Below, piece after piece: positions 52,385 to 61,837 of a DNA stretch of 64,000 nt. Each line of letters opens with the position of its first letter. Position 1 is the first letter of the stretch. The notes beneath the pieces are model-generated. The model ran no database searches. It was not told the origin of the DNA and was given only the letters and a program-made list of their open reading frames with translations. The translations under genes and the position numbers were made by a program. This stretch comes from a virus. The stretch is from the IMG/VR virus record IMGVR_UViG_3300042870_001823, positions 10,214 to 74,213 of that record. One strand, written 5' to 3'.

Positions 52385-52429
52385 GGCCTCCTACAAATGT
52401 ATTATACAGTTATAGTAACCATTAAAGTA

Positions 52430-52609
52430 TTACTTGTTAGTATGCGTTTTTTTGTAATCTCTTAATTGATTAGATGACTCTTTAGCTTGTTCTAGAGTCA
52501 GACCTGGATATGATGTATATTTATCATTCATTACTCTTAATTGCTCTAAACTTGTAGCTTTAGGAGCTAAGTAGAATTTGCTTCTTAGTTTAATTTCTTC
52601 TTCAGTCAT
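52430..52609 (-). CDS. Small hypothetical protein
   Basis: MTEEEIKLRSKFYLAPK..., 59 aa, overlapping the stop of the ATPase gene. Confidence 0.45.
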   Translation of the reverse strand: MTEEEIKLRSKFYLAPKATSLEQLRVMNDKYTSYPGLTLEQAKESSNQLRDYKKTHTNK

Positions 52610-54044
52610 TTGCTTGTTCCTTTTGTTGTTTTTGAGGTTTTATTAAACTTATCTTAAAATCTTCCTCATGGTCAATCTCAAACAAAGTTCCTCTAGGTAT
52701 TATACTAGATATTATCAACTCAGCAAGTTTGTCTTCAATGCCTTCTCTTCTGACCTGAGAAAGTCCTCTTGCCCCCTTGACGGTATCTATACCTTTTTCG
52801 ATTAAACCTTCTACAACTGAATCGGTATAAGTTAAAGAATATCCTTTTGAAAGAAGTTTGCTTTTAACTATCGACATTTCTAACTCGGCAATTGATATCA
52901 TGTCGTCATGTCGTAAATGATTGAATACTACAACTTTATCTATTCTGTTTATAAACTCTGGTTTAAAGTGCTTACGAATAGCTTCTAGGGTATTCTTTTC
53001 TACAATTTCTTTATTTGGTATTGCTCTAGTCTTTGTCTTGTAATCTACAGTGCCAGTAAACCCAGCTGAGGTCTTAAGTAGGTTGTCAGCTGTTTTATCA
53101 TTACCTAAGTTAGTTGTCATGATTATGACAGTGTTTTTAAAGCTGACTTGCTTACCTTTATTGTCTGTAGCAATTCCTTCGTCAAAAATTCTTAAAAAAG
53201 TATTCCAAATGTCTGGATGAGCTTTTTCTACCTCGTCAAGCAAGACTACCGTATTGGGATATTTTTTAATCATGTTAATTAACTGACCACCATCTTCATG
53301 GCCAATGTAGCCAGGAGGTGATCCAATTAACTTTTGATTCTCGTGTTTATGTTGCAATTCGCCACAATCAATACGTACCATAGAATATTCTGACCCATAT
53401 ATGTATTTATGCAATTCGTTTGCTAGGTGAGTCTTACCCACGCCCGAAGCTCCGGCAAACATAAAAACACCCAATGGTCTATTGGGATCATTCATTCCAG
53501 TTTGAGATCTCTTTAATGCAGATACAATTATCTCGATAGCATTGTCTTGACCTATGACATTTGTCTTTAAATGATTATTAAGTCCAAGAAATTTTTCTTT
53601 ACTTAGTTTTTTAGGTTTTGGTTTAGCTTTTTCTTCTGAATGCTTTTTAAACGTGTCATTAAAAATTTTTTCCAAATCTTCTGAGAAATGAAATGGATCG
53701 TCGGAATCAGAATCTTTTTTCTTATTCTTAAGACTAGGGATTATTGGATTACCAGTGTAGGCAATATCTAACCAGTAATCTACATCCAAACCTGGGTTAA
53801 GCATTATACAACCAGCATATAAGGCTTCTATACACTTTTCTGCAGCTGCGCGAGACATTACTCTCAAAGCTTCAGCAACATCTGTTTTTATATTAAAAAT
53901 TAAGGATTCTAATATAGCTTTACGATAAACGTTAGTACTTTTATCTTTTATCTCAGAAAGAAGGTTTTCAGCTTCTTCTGGTCTCAGCACTTTATACTTA
54001 ACAAAGATGCCTAGTTCTGGCACATATATTTGATACATATTCAT
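52602..54044 (-). CDS. ClpA/ClpB-like AAA+ ATPase (D2 module only)
   Basis: VIGQD.AI, RPLGVFMFAGASGVGKT, LIGSPPGYIGH, LLDEVEKAHP, FKPEFINRID, GARGL. Confidence 0.85.
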   Translation of the reverse strand: MNMYQIYVPELGIFVKYKVLRPEEAENLLSEIKDKSTNVYRKAILESLIFNIKTDVAEALRVMSRAAAEKCIEALYAGCIMLNPGLDVDYWLDIAYTGNPIIPSLKNKKKDSDSDDPFHFSEDLEKIFNDTFKKHSEEKAKPKPKKLSKEKFLGLNNHLKTNVIGQDNAIEIIVSALKRSQTGMNDPNRPLGVFMFAGASGVGKTHLANELHKYIYGSEYSMVRIDCGELQHKHENQKLIGSPPGYIGHEDGGQLINMIKKYPNTVVLLDEVEKAHPDIWNTFLRIFDEGIATDNKGKQVSFKNTVIIMTTNLGNDKTADNLLKTSAGFTGTVDYKTKTRAIPNKEIVEKNTLEAIRKHFKPEFINRIDKVVVFNHLRHDDMISIAELEMSIVKSKLLSKGYSLTYTDSVVEGLIEKGIDTVKGARGLSQVRREGIEDKLAELIISSIIPRGTLFEIDHEEDFKISLIKPQKQQKEQAND

Positions 54045-54642
54045 AATAAGCCTACTTGTTTTTAAAAATAGTAATTCATTTTATCTATTTTTCAATGCCA
54101 AGTTGACTACGCCTATATTAGTATACTTATATAAGTTAACTAAGGTATATAAGATAATAGTCTTGCAGGAGCGTTAGATCTACTAAGGCTTCCTAAGCTC
54201 TCTTATATAGGAGTATATCAACATAACTTTGGCGTTGTCAAGTAGCTCTAACCAATATCTTCGATTGCTGGGTGCGGATACGAGCAAGGACCAGAGAAAT
54301 GCCAGTATCTCAACAAGTCATCTACGTTATGTATTCTCTTATAAAGTAAAACCATTGCTCTACTAAATTCTAATTCTTGATCTATTTTTTTTGAACTACG
54401 ACTCATTTGTCTCCTAATGACGGTATAATCTGTGCTAATTTACTCTATACATTATACCATTGGAGGTGAGCTCGTGGACACTAGTACACGCTTAAAACAC
54501 TTATATAACTTGCTTACAGCAATAAGAGAACACAAACTCGGATTGGATTGGGAATCAAAAACTCAATACAAAGAGATTGAAGAAAAGATAATTGCTGAGA
54601 TCAAATCAATTAGCATCTACACGTCTGTGGTAAAATAGATAC

Positions 54643-55638
54643 ATGTCAGACGATAAATCACTAGAATTAGCAATTGCCCAACTTGAAAGACAATTTGGAG
54701 CAGGTGCAGTAATGAGACTAGGGTCCAAGGATATCAAAGCTTGGCCCGCAGTTTCAACCGGAGCACTATCATTAGATATGATACTTGGAATTGGTGGACT
54801 TCCACTAGGTCGAGTAGTCGAAATCTATGGACCTGAATCCTCGGGCAAATCAACGATATCTTTATCAGTTGTGGCCCAAGCACAGAAGATGGGCCTTAAG
54901 TGCGCTTACATCGACGCTGAGCATGCTCTGGACCCAGTCTACATGGATGCCTTAGGCATTAATCTAGATGATCTCCTTCTTGCCCAGCCGGACTATGGCG
55001 AACAGGCATTAGAGATTGCAGATAGACTCATACGCACGGGCGAGGTCAATGTAGTTGTAATAGACTCAGTTGCAGCCCTTGTACCTAAAGCTGAGCTAGA
55101 AGGCGACATGGAAGCCAACCAGATGGGCCTACAAGCCCGTATGATGGCCAAGGGATTACGTAAGATAGTAGGTCTCGCCAATGAACACAAATGCCTAGTA
55201 ATCTTTATTAACCAGCTTAGATCTAAGATTGGTATCATGTTTGGTAATCCGGAAACAACTCCCGGAGGCAAAGCCTTGCCATACGCAGCATCAGTGCGAA
55301 TCGATGTGCGTAGAAAGGAAGATATTAAAGATAAGGCCGGCGAATCAATTGGTATCAAGGTAAAAGCCAAGATTATCAAGAACAAGATGGCTCCTCCTCT
55401 TAAGGTTACAGAATTTGACATCTATTACGGTAAGGGTGTCGATAACTACGGTTGCCTACTTGATGTGTGTATGTCTAAGGGAATCTTCTCACAACGTGGA
55501 GCTTGGGTCTATTACAATGGTGAATCATTCTCACAAGGTAGAGATAACGCTATTGACAAGATCAAAGCTGATCCAGAACTAGTATCAACGTTAGAAGGGC
55601 TGATCAAAGATGGCGTTCAAGCCGACCCCTTGTCCTGA
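54643..55638 (+). CDS. recA: Recombinase RecA
   Basis: GRVVEIYGPESSGKST, IDAEHALDP, DSVAALVPKAELEG, FINQLR, GNPETTPGG. Confidence 0.97.
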   Translation: MSDDKSLELAIAQLERQFGAGAVMRLGSKDIKAWPAVSTGALSLDMILGIGGLPLGRVVEIYGPESSGKSTISLSVVAQAQKMGLKCAYIDAEHALDPVYMDALGINLDDLLLAQPDYGEQALEIADRLIRTGEVNVVVIDSVAALVPKAELEGDMEANQMGLQARMMAKGLRKIVGLANEHKCLVIFINQLRSKIGIMFGNPETTPGGKALPYAASVRIDVRRKEDIKDKAGESIGIKVKAKIIKNKMAPPLKVTEFDIYYGKGVDNYGCLLDVCMSKGIFSQRGAWVYYNGESFSQGRDNAIDKIKADPELVSTLEGLIKDGVQADPLS

Positions 55639-55771
55639 TTGCAAATATCCGCCAAACTTCATCTTGGCTGGTCTCGCTAAAGAAGACTTTGATGATGACC
55701 TAGATAGAATAGATATTCGCTGTAGAGATTGTGGTGACCATTGGGTAGAGGTGGTAGACGATGCTAAGTAA
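55610..55771 (+). CDS. Small zinc-finger protein
   Basis: MAFKPTPCPDC...RCRDCGDHW, translated by hand. Confidence 0.5.
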   Translation: MAFKPTPCPDCKYPPNFILAGLAKEDFDDDLDRIDIRCRDCGDHWVEVVDDAK

Positions 55772-55918
55772 TCAACAGATACTAACATACCTGGAATATT
55801 GTGAATTATTTAAGGAATTGAGCCAGCTCGCCCAATCGCCCGAATAAATTTTTTTAATATATTTTTTTTACATTTATGGTACTATAACTTATACACAACA
55901 GGATTGGAGCGTGTCCAC

Positions 55919-56248
55919 ATGGATAACTTTTTCGAACAGATTCAGTCTATGTTTGGCGATCAAGAACTAGTAGATGGTTTGCTAGAGTTTATTGCTCCAC
56001 ATGAAGGTCAAGACAGTAAGATCATCACTGCTTACTCAGAAGATGATGGCGAGATAGTGTTTTCTATTTTCTCCAAAGAACAATACGAGATGATCTATGA
56101 AATGGCTAAAATACTAAAAAAGCCTGTTGAAGACATAGTCAGAGACCTTAGCCCAGATGAAGTAGAACAATTCTACTACGATCCAGACCAAGGCTCAGAC
56201 GATGGTGAATGTGACGATCCAGACTGTGATTGCCACGATCTAGACTAA
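55919..56248 (+). CDS. Acidic hypothetical protein
   Basis: GGAG RBS and a C-terminal CDDPDCDCH metal-binding-like tail. Confidence 0.6.
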   Translation: MDNFFEQIQSMFGDQELVDGLLEFIAPHEGQDSKIITAYSEDDGEIVFSIFSKEQYEMIYEMAKILKKPVEDIVRDLSPDEVEQFYYDPDQGSDDGECDDPDCDCHDLD

Positions 56249-56779
56249 CACTGAGTTAGCCCCTTGTAATCCATTGATGTTGTAGGTCCCATAGACTACA
56301 CATCCAAAAATTTCCATTGCTAGGCGTCTGCTACGTACATTGCCTAATATAGATGGAACATACTGATGATCTTTAAGATGCGCTACTGGTGGTAGCGTGT
56401 CTTTTTTATTTGTATTGAAAGTATAGATGTCAGTCTCTTTAGAGATGTTCCATTGAGTGTCTAGATCTACTTCTCCCTCACGTGAGAGCGTTTTGTAGTT
56501 TACTAGGACGCCGGCATCAAATACCAGATTCTTGTCGTCGTACAGGCCGTACAACAGGTTTGAGTCTACGTGTGTACCCATGAAGACTATGGAGTCATAA
56601 TCTTGACGAATATGATATGAAATATTTTTGTATACAATTTTGGTGTTGGCCTTTAGGGATAACTTATCATTGTACGTATACGTGATTATGTCATGATCAT
56701 ACGCAAACTGTGTGAGTATGTTGTTGTAGGTAAATAACTTGTGTGATCCTATGATCAGTCTTGTGTTTTTGTTAGGCAT
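56240..56779 (-). CDS. Hypothetical protein
   Basis: AAGGA RBS before ATG 56779. Confidence 0.55.
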   Translation of the reverse strand: MPNKNTRLIIGSHKLFTYNNILTQFAYDHDIITYTYNDKLSLKANTKIVYKNISYHIRQDYDSIVFMGTHVDSNLLYGLYDDKNLVFDAGVLVNYKTLSREGEVDLDTQWNISKETDIYTFNTNKKDTLPPVAHLKDHQYVPSILGNVRSRRLAMEIFGCVVYGTYNINGLQGANSVLV

Positions 56780-56795
56780 GATTGATATTCCTTTT

Positions 56796-56993
56796 TTAAT
56801 CCATGAATCCGTAATTGTCTGCGTCGTAGTCGACGTAGTTGTCTGCATAGCTGCTTGAGACGTAGCTAGAGGCGTAGTTGTCTTGTGGTATTAAGTCTAC
56901 CCATTGTGAGCAGTCTGGGCATCTTACAGAACTTGAGAGAGCGTTTTTTATTACGAACTCTGTTCCACATTTATCGCAATTAGCGTAATCCAT
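56796..56993 (-). CDS. Zinc-ribbon protein
   Basis: CDKC...CPDC with AAGGA RBS. Confidence 0.55.
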   Translation of the reverse strand: MDYANCDKCGTEFVIKNALSSSVRCPDCSQWVDLIPQDNYASSYVSSSYADNYVDYDADNYGFMD

Positions 56994-57380
56994 TGGGTTT
57001 CCTTTATAGCTGTTCAGAAGATCTGATTCAGCTGTGTGTTTATTGCCGGCGTATCCGACAACAGTGAAGCTATCAGGGGTTCTTTGCGTTTGCAACCTCT
57101 AGGGCATTAAAAATATAGGAAAAAATTTTTGGGGCGATTCGAGAAACAGATGAGGGTGATCTCTGGGGTTTGTTTGTATATGAACCTGTATAAGTATATA
57201 TACAGTTATATAAAAGTCCTATAGAGTAAAAAATAGGGAAAAATTATGAGCCACTAATAGTGAGTATATGTGTGCTCTCAGATCTTTTAACGTGCCCACC
57301 CGGGTATGGGGGTCTCTAGTACATAACTCAACAGTCATATATAACAATTATATATGCAACGTGACACTTTAGGAGGAGTC

Positions 57381-57674
57381 ATGAACACATACACACAAAG
57401 AAGGATAATGGTTGCACTAATCATTACCCTTATTTCAATAGCAAGTTCCCTTGCAATTAAGGCTGTAGGGAATGCCCTATCTACACCAACCTTTACCTGT
57501 ATGCCAGCAGAGGTACGTCTAGGACATCAAATGATTTGGAACATTGCAGATAACAACTGTGAGGGACATATAACAGATGCAGCTGTGTCCATCATGAAAG
57601 ACAACAACATAGAAGGAAAAGACTTACGTCAACTACTCCCATCAACAATCATCGTTATCAAAGGAGGTAACTAA
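57381..57674 (+). CDS. Membrane-anchored LysM-like protein (YneA/ChiZ-like)
   Basis: AGGAGGAG RBS, N-terminal TM helix, then IWNIA.....I...NNI......L.P...I.I. Confidence 0.45.
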   Translation: MNTYTQRRIMVALIITLISIASSLAIKAVGNALSTPTFTCMPAEVRLGHQMIWNIADNNCEGHITDAAVSIMKDNNIEGKDLRQLLPSTIIVIKGGN

Positions 57675-57675
57675 G

Positions 57676-58428
57676 ATGGCTGCAAATTATAGAAATGAGT
57701 TTTGTGTTCAGTGCCCAAAATTTGTTGAAGAGGGTCATGGCTTTCGCTTAACCCATGAAGGAGAATGGCGGACATTCTGTGCTACATGTGCAGTTGCTCG
57801 TCAGAAAAACAAAAACAAATCCGTATCAACGGCAGCCTATACAAATAGGCAACCAAAACTATTTACCGAGGAGGTAATAACAATGGACGCCAATCCAACA
57901 ACCAACCCTGAGGAGGGAATAATGAAAGCACCGTTTAAGGTGGGAGACAGAGTCAAGAGCATCAAGCATGATTATCTTGGCACAGTAAAGTGGGTTAAAT
58001 TTGAACCCAATGGAATAATGGTCAACAGAAAGAGGCGCGGTAGTCACAAGTGGGACTATGTCCAGAAAGTAGAAAAGGGAGGATACACAGTAACAGTTAA
58101 CTGGGATTCAACTCCAATTTGTCGACTTCACGCAATGCAAAACGCAAAAGTCCTTGAACTAGTTGTATCAGAACCACAACCAACCAACCCTGAGGAGGGA
58201 AACAAAATGGAAACAAAAGAAACTTTGTTCACCATGACAGAAAAGCAGATTGCGTATATACGTGATTTGTTTAAGTCAAAGAAGCAATTCATGACTATTG
58301 ATGAGCAGGAATCTCTTATCAATAAGATGACGGGTCATATCAATGGCTCAGCTGTATTAACAACCAAGTGGGCATCTGCAGCTATCACTAAGCTTCAGTC
58401 CTACAACACAGAAAGGAGTGCATCATGA
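57676..58428 (+). CDS. Modular early protein (Zn finger + SH3/KOW-like + helical) with internal starts
   Basis: CVQC...CATC and FKVGDRVK. Internal SD-ATG at 57883, 57922 and 58207. Confidence 0.6.
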   Translation: MAANYRNEFCVQCPKFVEEGHGFRLTHEGEWRTFCATCAVARQKNKNKSVSTAAYTNRQPKLFTEEVITMDANPTTNPEEGIMKAPFKVGDRVKSIKHDYLGTVKWVKFEPNGIMVNRKRRGSHKWDYVQKVEKGGYTVTVNWDSTPICRLHAMQNAKVLELVVSEPQPTNPEEGNKMETKETLFTMTEKQIAYIRDLFKSKKQFMTIDEQESLINKMTGHINGSAVLTTKWASAAITKLQSYNTERSAS

Positions 58429-61139
58429 AGATGTACCAAGTAACCGATCACTCTACCGGAGAGATCTTTGACATCGAGGCAGAATCTGCTTCTATTGCTG
58501 GACAGGCTTTCCTTATGGAAGGTCGGTCCGTAACCATTAAACCTATCAACGATAACCAGGAGGTAATCGCAATGGACACCAACCCGGTGAACAAAACAAC
58601 CAACCCTAAGGAGGGAACAAATATGATCAAGGAATACCTTGTTCGACTAAACCACGTGTACACCCGTGTCATTACAAATGATCCAGTGTATGCATTCGGT
58701 GATGACAAATCTGTTGTCATTGAAGAGACCAAGCCAGGTGGATATCATTGGTTCATGCTGGAGCACATGTTTGGTAAACAATCATTTGCAGTTGACATCA
58801 CCTCATTTGTAAATCCATATGGAGATACGCAATCTGGTGTTCTTGACCGTGGTAACAACAAACCTGAAGACATCATCTTTGGATGGGCAGACTTTGATGC
58901 GGAGTACATGATTCGTGTTAAAGGACACAAGTCAACTTTGTTTTCAGATCTGTCTGAGTATGGATTGTCTGTAGGCAACTCAGCTAAGATGACAAAGCGT
59001 CTCACCGAAATCATTCGTGCAGCACGTGGTGGCATGGTAAACATCAAGCGTCAACATAAGATGGCTCGTATCTTGGTACTCAGTCATTATGACATCTTGG
59101 ACTTCTTTGCCCATTTGGGTACAGAAGATGTTGCAGGTAAAGCTTTTGACGGTATTAGTCTCATTACAGATGACTATGCCAAGAAGGTATATCGTGCCAA
59201 CAAGCATTTGCCAGGTAAAGCAAAGTATCACACACTCAAGGGCATGGAAGATCGCAAGGTCACCAACCATACCATTCGTGTAGTTACTTGCATCAATGGT
59301 CAACCAGGTATGGTAAAGGGTAACGCCTTGTCTGTACCAATGGATGCATTGCTTGCTCGCCTGCGTGAGCGTGGAATAATCTCATCTACTCAGGTAGTTG
59401 ACATTGTTACATCGGTAGACAACTTCAAGACAGAACTTGGTACAGATGGATCTTGGGAGATCATTACTCTCGAGCCACATCATGGTCCAGGTATGGTAAA
59501 GACTAATGATCAGACTCTTGCACAGTTTTGGAACATCGAAGGTATCTTTGAACCCAAGGCTCTGTTGACTGAGTTTAAGTCTGTCCTTGATAATGCTTAC
59601 AACAATCTTGTTGAAGGTAAAGACATTCAGTGGATGCAGAACATCGTAGCTGAGCGGATTACCAATGAGACTGAGAAGTTTGCTTCCATCACCGGAGGTA
59701 AGGTAACCAGTAACATGAACAAGATGATTGCTAGCTTGCATGAGCTCGGATTGGATATTGGGGTCAGCCAGACTCTCATGTTCATGCGTGCGCAGGGTAT
59801 CAAGAAGATGTTCCTTTCGGACAACAAGAAGGATGGCTTTAACTGGCAAGCAAATGCTCGTGAGAAGAAGTCCTTTGTATTCATGCCATACGCATACCGT
59901 GCATATGTAATGACCAAGGAAGTATTGTGGCTTGCCGGCTATGACATTGACTTGAATGACAAGGAATCCTTCTACCATGAAGAAACTCAGACATTCTGTG
60001 TACCAGGAGTAACTTGGGCTAATATCCAGGGTAAACTTGGTGGCGCAGACTTGGATGATGAAATCATGGTTCATGAGCGTCGTTACGTTCGTCCAGATGG
60101 AACAGTCAACCCACTAGTAGCCTTCCTTGTTCGTACTCCGAATGATTGGGCAGAGTTTGCTCTCTTGCCTTTGGCTCAGCCTGGTCCAGCATTCTTGACT
60201 GATGGTGACATGCCAACTATCCACGCTAAGGATCTTGCTAAGTTCAAGCAGGTTTCTGTGGCTGGTGAATTGCCATCCAAGACAATTGGCTCAGACCGTC
60301 CTGGTTCTCCAGTATGGGATTGGGATTGCACTAGGTACAACCACGCAGCATCATCACTCAAGAGTGGTGGAGTTGGTGGACAAGTCAAGACCAAGATGCT
60401 TCAATACGGTATCAACAATGCTCCGTTTACCAATCTTCCTTGTGCAAATGAGGACATGATTGATGCACTACAGCAGTGTAAGGGTACAGCAGCTGATCTC
60501 CAAGTATTAGCAGAATGGTCTGTAGAGGCCACAATGCAAGTGCTTCAGTCTCAGCCAATGGACTCTTACTGGTGGTATAGCCGTAAAATGTATGGTACAA
60601 CCATCGCATTGAAGAAGCTTGGCCTTACCTGGTACCATAAGCCTGTATCAGCAGAGAAGTCACCTATTGTCCAAGACATGATGATCCCTCGTGAAGAGAT
60701 GGTCCGTGAAACACATCAAGAAATGATCAACTTCTTGAACCGTAACATCATGGAAATCCCTGAACTGGAGAACATCTTCAAGGACAAGAAGCAAGAAATG
60801 CACTACCGTAAGCTAGTTACTGACATCAGCAAGATGTTTACAGTACCTAAGCTGCATGACAAGCATGGCAACCTACTTCCTGCAACTAAGCATGATGTAG
60901 CTAACCATATGCAGAAAGTGGCTGGTTCGCTGCTTGAGCGTATGGCTGACTATCAGTTCCGTGCAGGTAGTGAGCAAACCAATCTGCATATCCTGCGGAT
61001 GGTTCGTGCTTCCTACCTTGTCAAGCAGGGTTATCCAGGTGCAAACTATGACCGTTGGTTGTATACCGCAGCTAATGACTCAGACGTCATCATGACCGAT
61101 TACTTTGTGCGGGCCTTGAACTGGTTCCGTACCAAGTAA
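58425..61139 (+). CDS. Putative single-chain two-barrel RNA polymerase (YonO/cellular RdRP-like), divergent
   Basis: FDGISLI, HTIR...GMVKG, LGGADLDDE and LVRTPN motifs resemble RdRP/YonO DGxG, FQxR..KG, GGDxDGD and RxP. Confidence 0.6.
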   Translation: MKMYQVTDHSTGEIFDIEAESASIAGQAFLMEGRSVTIKPINDNQEVIAMDTNPVNKTTNPKEGTNMIKEYLVRLNHVYTRVITNDPVYAFGDDKSVVIEETKPGGYHWFMLEHMFGKQSFAVDITSFVNPYGDTQSGVLDRGNNKPEDIIFGWADFDAEYMIRVKGHKSTLFSDLSEYGLSVGNSAKMTKRLTEIIRAARGGMVNIKRQHKMARILVLSHYDILDFFAHLGTEDVAGKAFDGISLITDDYAKKVYRANKHLPGKAKYHTLKGMEDRKVTNHTIRVVTCINGQPGMVKGNALSVPMDALLARLRERGIISSTQVVDIVTSVDNFKTELGTDGSWEIITLEPHHGPGMVKTNDQTLAQFWNIEGIFEPKALLTEFKSVLDNAYNNLVEGKDIQWMQNIVAERITNETEKFASITGGKVTSNMNKMIASLHELGLDIGVSQTLMFMRAQGIKKMFLSDNKKDGFNWQANAREKKSFVFMPYAYRAYVMTKEVLWLAGYDIDLNDKESFYHEETQTFCVPGVTWANIQGKLGGADLDDEIMVHERRYVRPDGTVNPLVAFLVRTPNDWAEFALLPLAQPGPAFLTDGDMPTIHAKDLAKFKQVSVAGELPSKTIGSDRPGSPVWDWDCTRYNHAASSLKSGGVGGQVKTKMLQYGINNAPFTNLPCANEDMIDALQQCKGTAADLQVLAEWSVEATMQVLQSQPMDSYWWYSRKMYGTTIALKKLGLTWYHKPVSAEKSPIVQDMMIPREEMVRETHQEMINFLNRNIMEIPELENIFKDKKQEMHYRKLVTDISKMFTVPKLHDKHGNLLPATKHDVANHMQKVAGSLLERMADYQFRAGSEQTNLHILRMVRASYLVKQGYPGANYDRWLYTAANDSDVIMTDYFVRALNWFRTK

Positions 61140-61247
61140 TAAATAGCTCTCATTCTAAAAAGGGATGTGAGTTTTGAATAGTACATCAGGCTAGGCTCCA
61201 GCGCTGTCACAAGTAAAGGGGTCTAGTCTGATCGTATTCTAAAGTCT

Positions 61248-61316
61248 TTTGTTAGTAAATCCGCTAACAAAGTAAAGGGGAAAGTCCCCACAACAACTTA
61301 CCTTAGGAGGTAAACA
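61248..61316 (+). promoter_or_regulatory. Repeated hairpin-promoter/leader element, copy 1
   Basis: GTTAGTAAATCCGCTAAC-AAAGTAAAGGGG...TTACCTTAGGAGGTAA, near-identical to 61769-61837. Confidence 0.7.
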
Positions 61317-61730
61317 ATGTCCACAATACTCAACTTCTGGCTAAACACCAGCCCAACCAAGCCAACCGTCTGGCTCGTCGACAAGTCTGGTCTTCTCAAA
61401 GGCTCAGTCTTTGTGAACCTCGAGTCTACACAGGCTCGTGACGACCTCGTTGCCCATCTGCGGTTGGCCTATGACAAAGGCGTCTCGTATGAGTTGGCTG
61501 TCGATGTGAAAAACATTGACACAACCAAGCCAACAGCGATGAAAATCAAGCTTGACCTTGACACTGTCATCAGCAACAAGATTGAGACAGTTAAAGCTGA
61601 GCCAAAGCCTGTAGACCGTAAAGTCATGGCTAAGCTTGAAGCACTCAATGCTAAATTGTCTGCTTTGCCTTCAGTAGAGCGTGTTGTTGTTGGTGGCTCG
61701 ACCACTGACGACGACATCCTAGCGTTCTAG
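61317..61730 (+). CDS. Hypothetical early protein
   Basis: Strong AGGAGG RBS. Acidic C-terminus DDDILAF resembles an SSB tail. Confidence 0.7.
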   Translation: MSTILNFWLNTSPTKPTVWLVDKSGLLKGSVFVNLESTQARDDLVAHLRLAYDKGVSYELAVDVKNIDTTKPTAMKIKLDLDTVISNKIETVKAEPKPVDRKVMAKLEALNAKLSALPSVERVVVGGSTTDDDILAF

Positions 61731-61768
61731 GCTGCGACCTGAGCAAGTCTGTAAACTGCTCCCCATCG

Positions 61769-61837
61769 TGGTTAGTAAATCCGCTAACCAAGTAAAGGGG
61801 ATAGTCTCCCTACAACATTACCTAGGAGGTAATTCAC
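61769..61837 (+). promoter_or_regulatory. Repeated hairpin-promoter/leader element, copy 2
   Basis: GTTAGTAAATCCGCTAAC-CAAGTAAAGGGG...TTACCTAGGAGGTAA. Confidence 0.7.

Noticed and set aside
54993-60609. Long antisense ORFs opposite recA and the RNAP-like gene (e.g. 59382-60074)
   Set aside because: No RBS or recognisable motifs. They are an expected by-product of codon bias on the sense strand.
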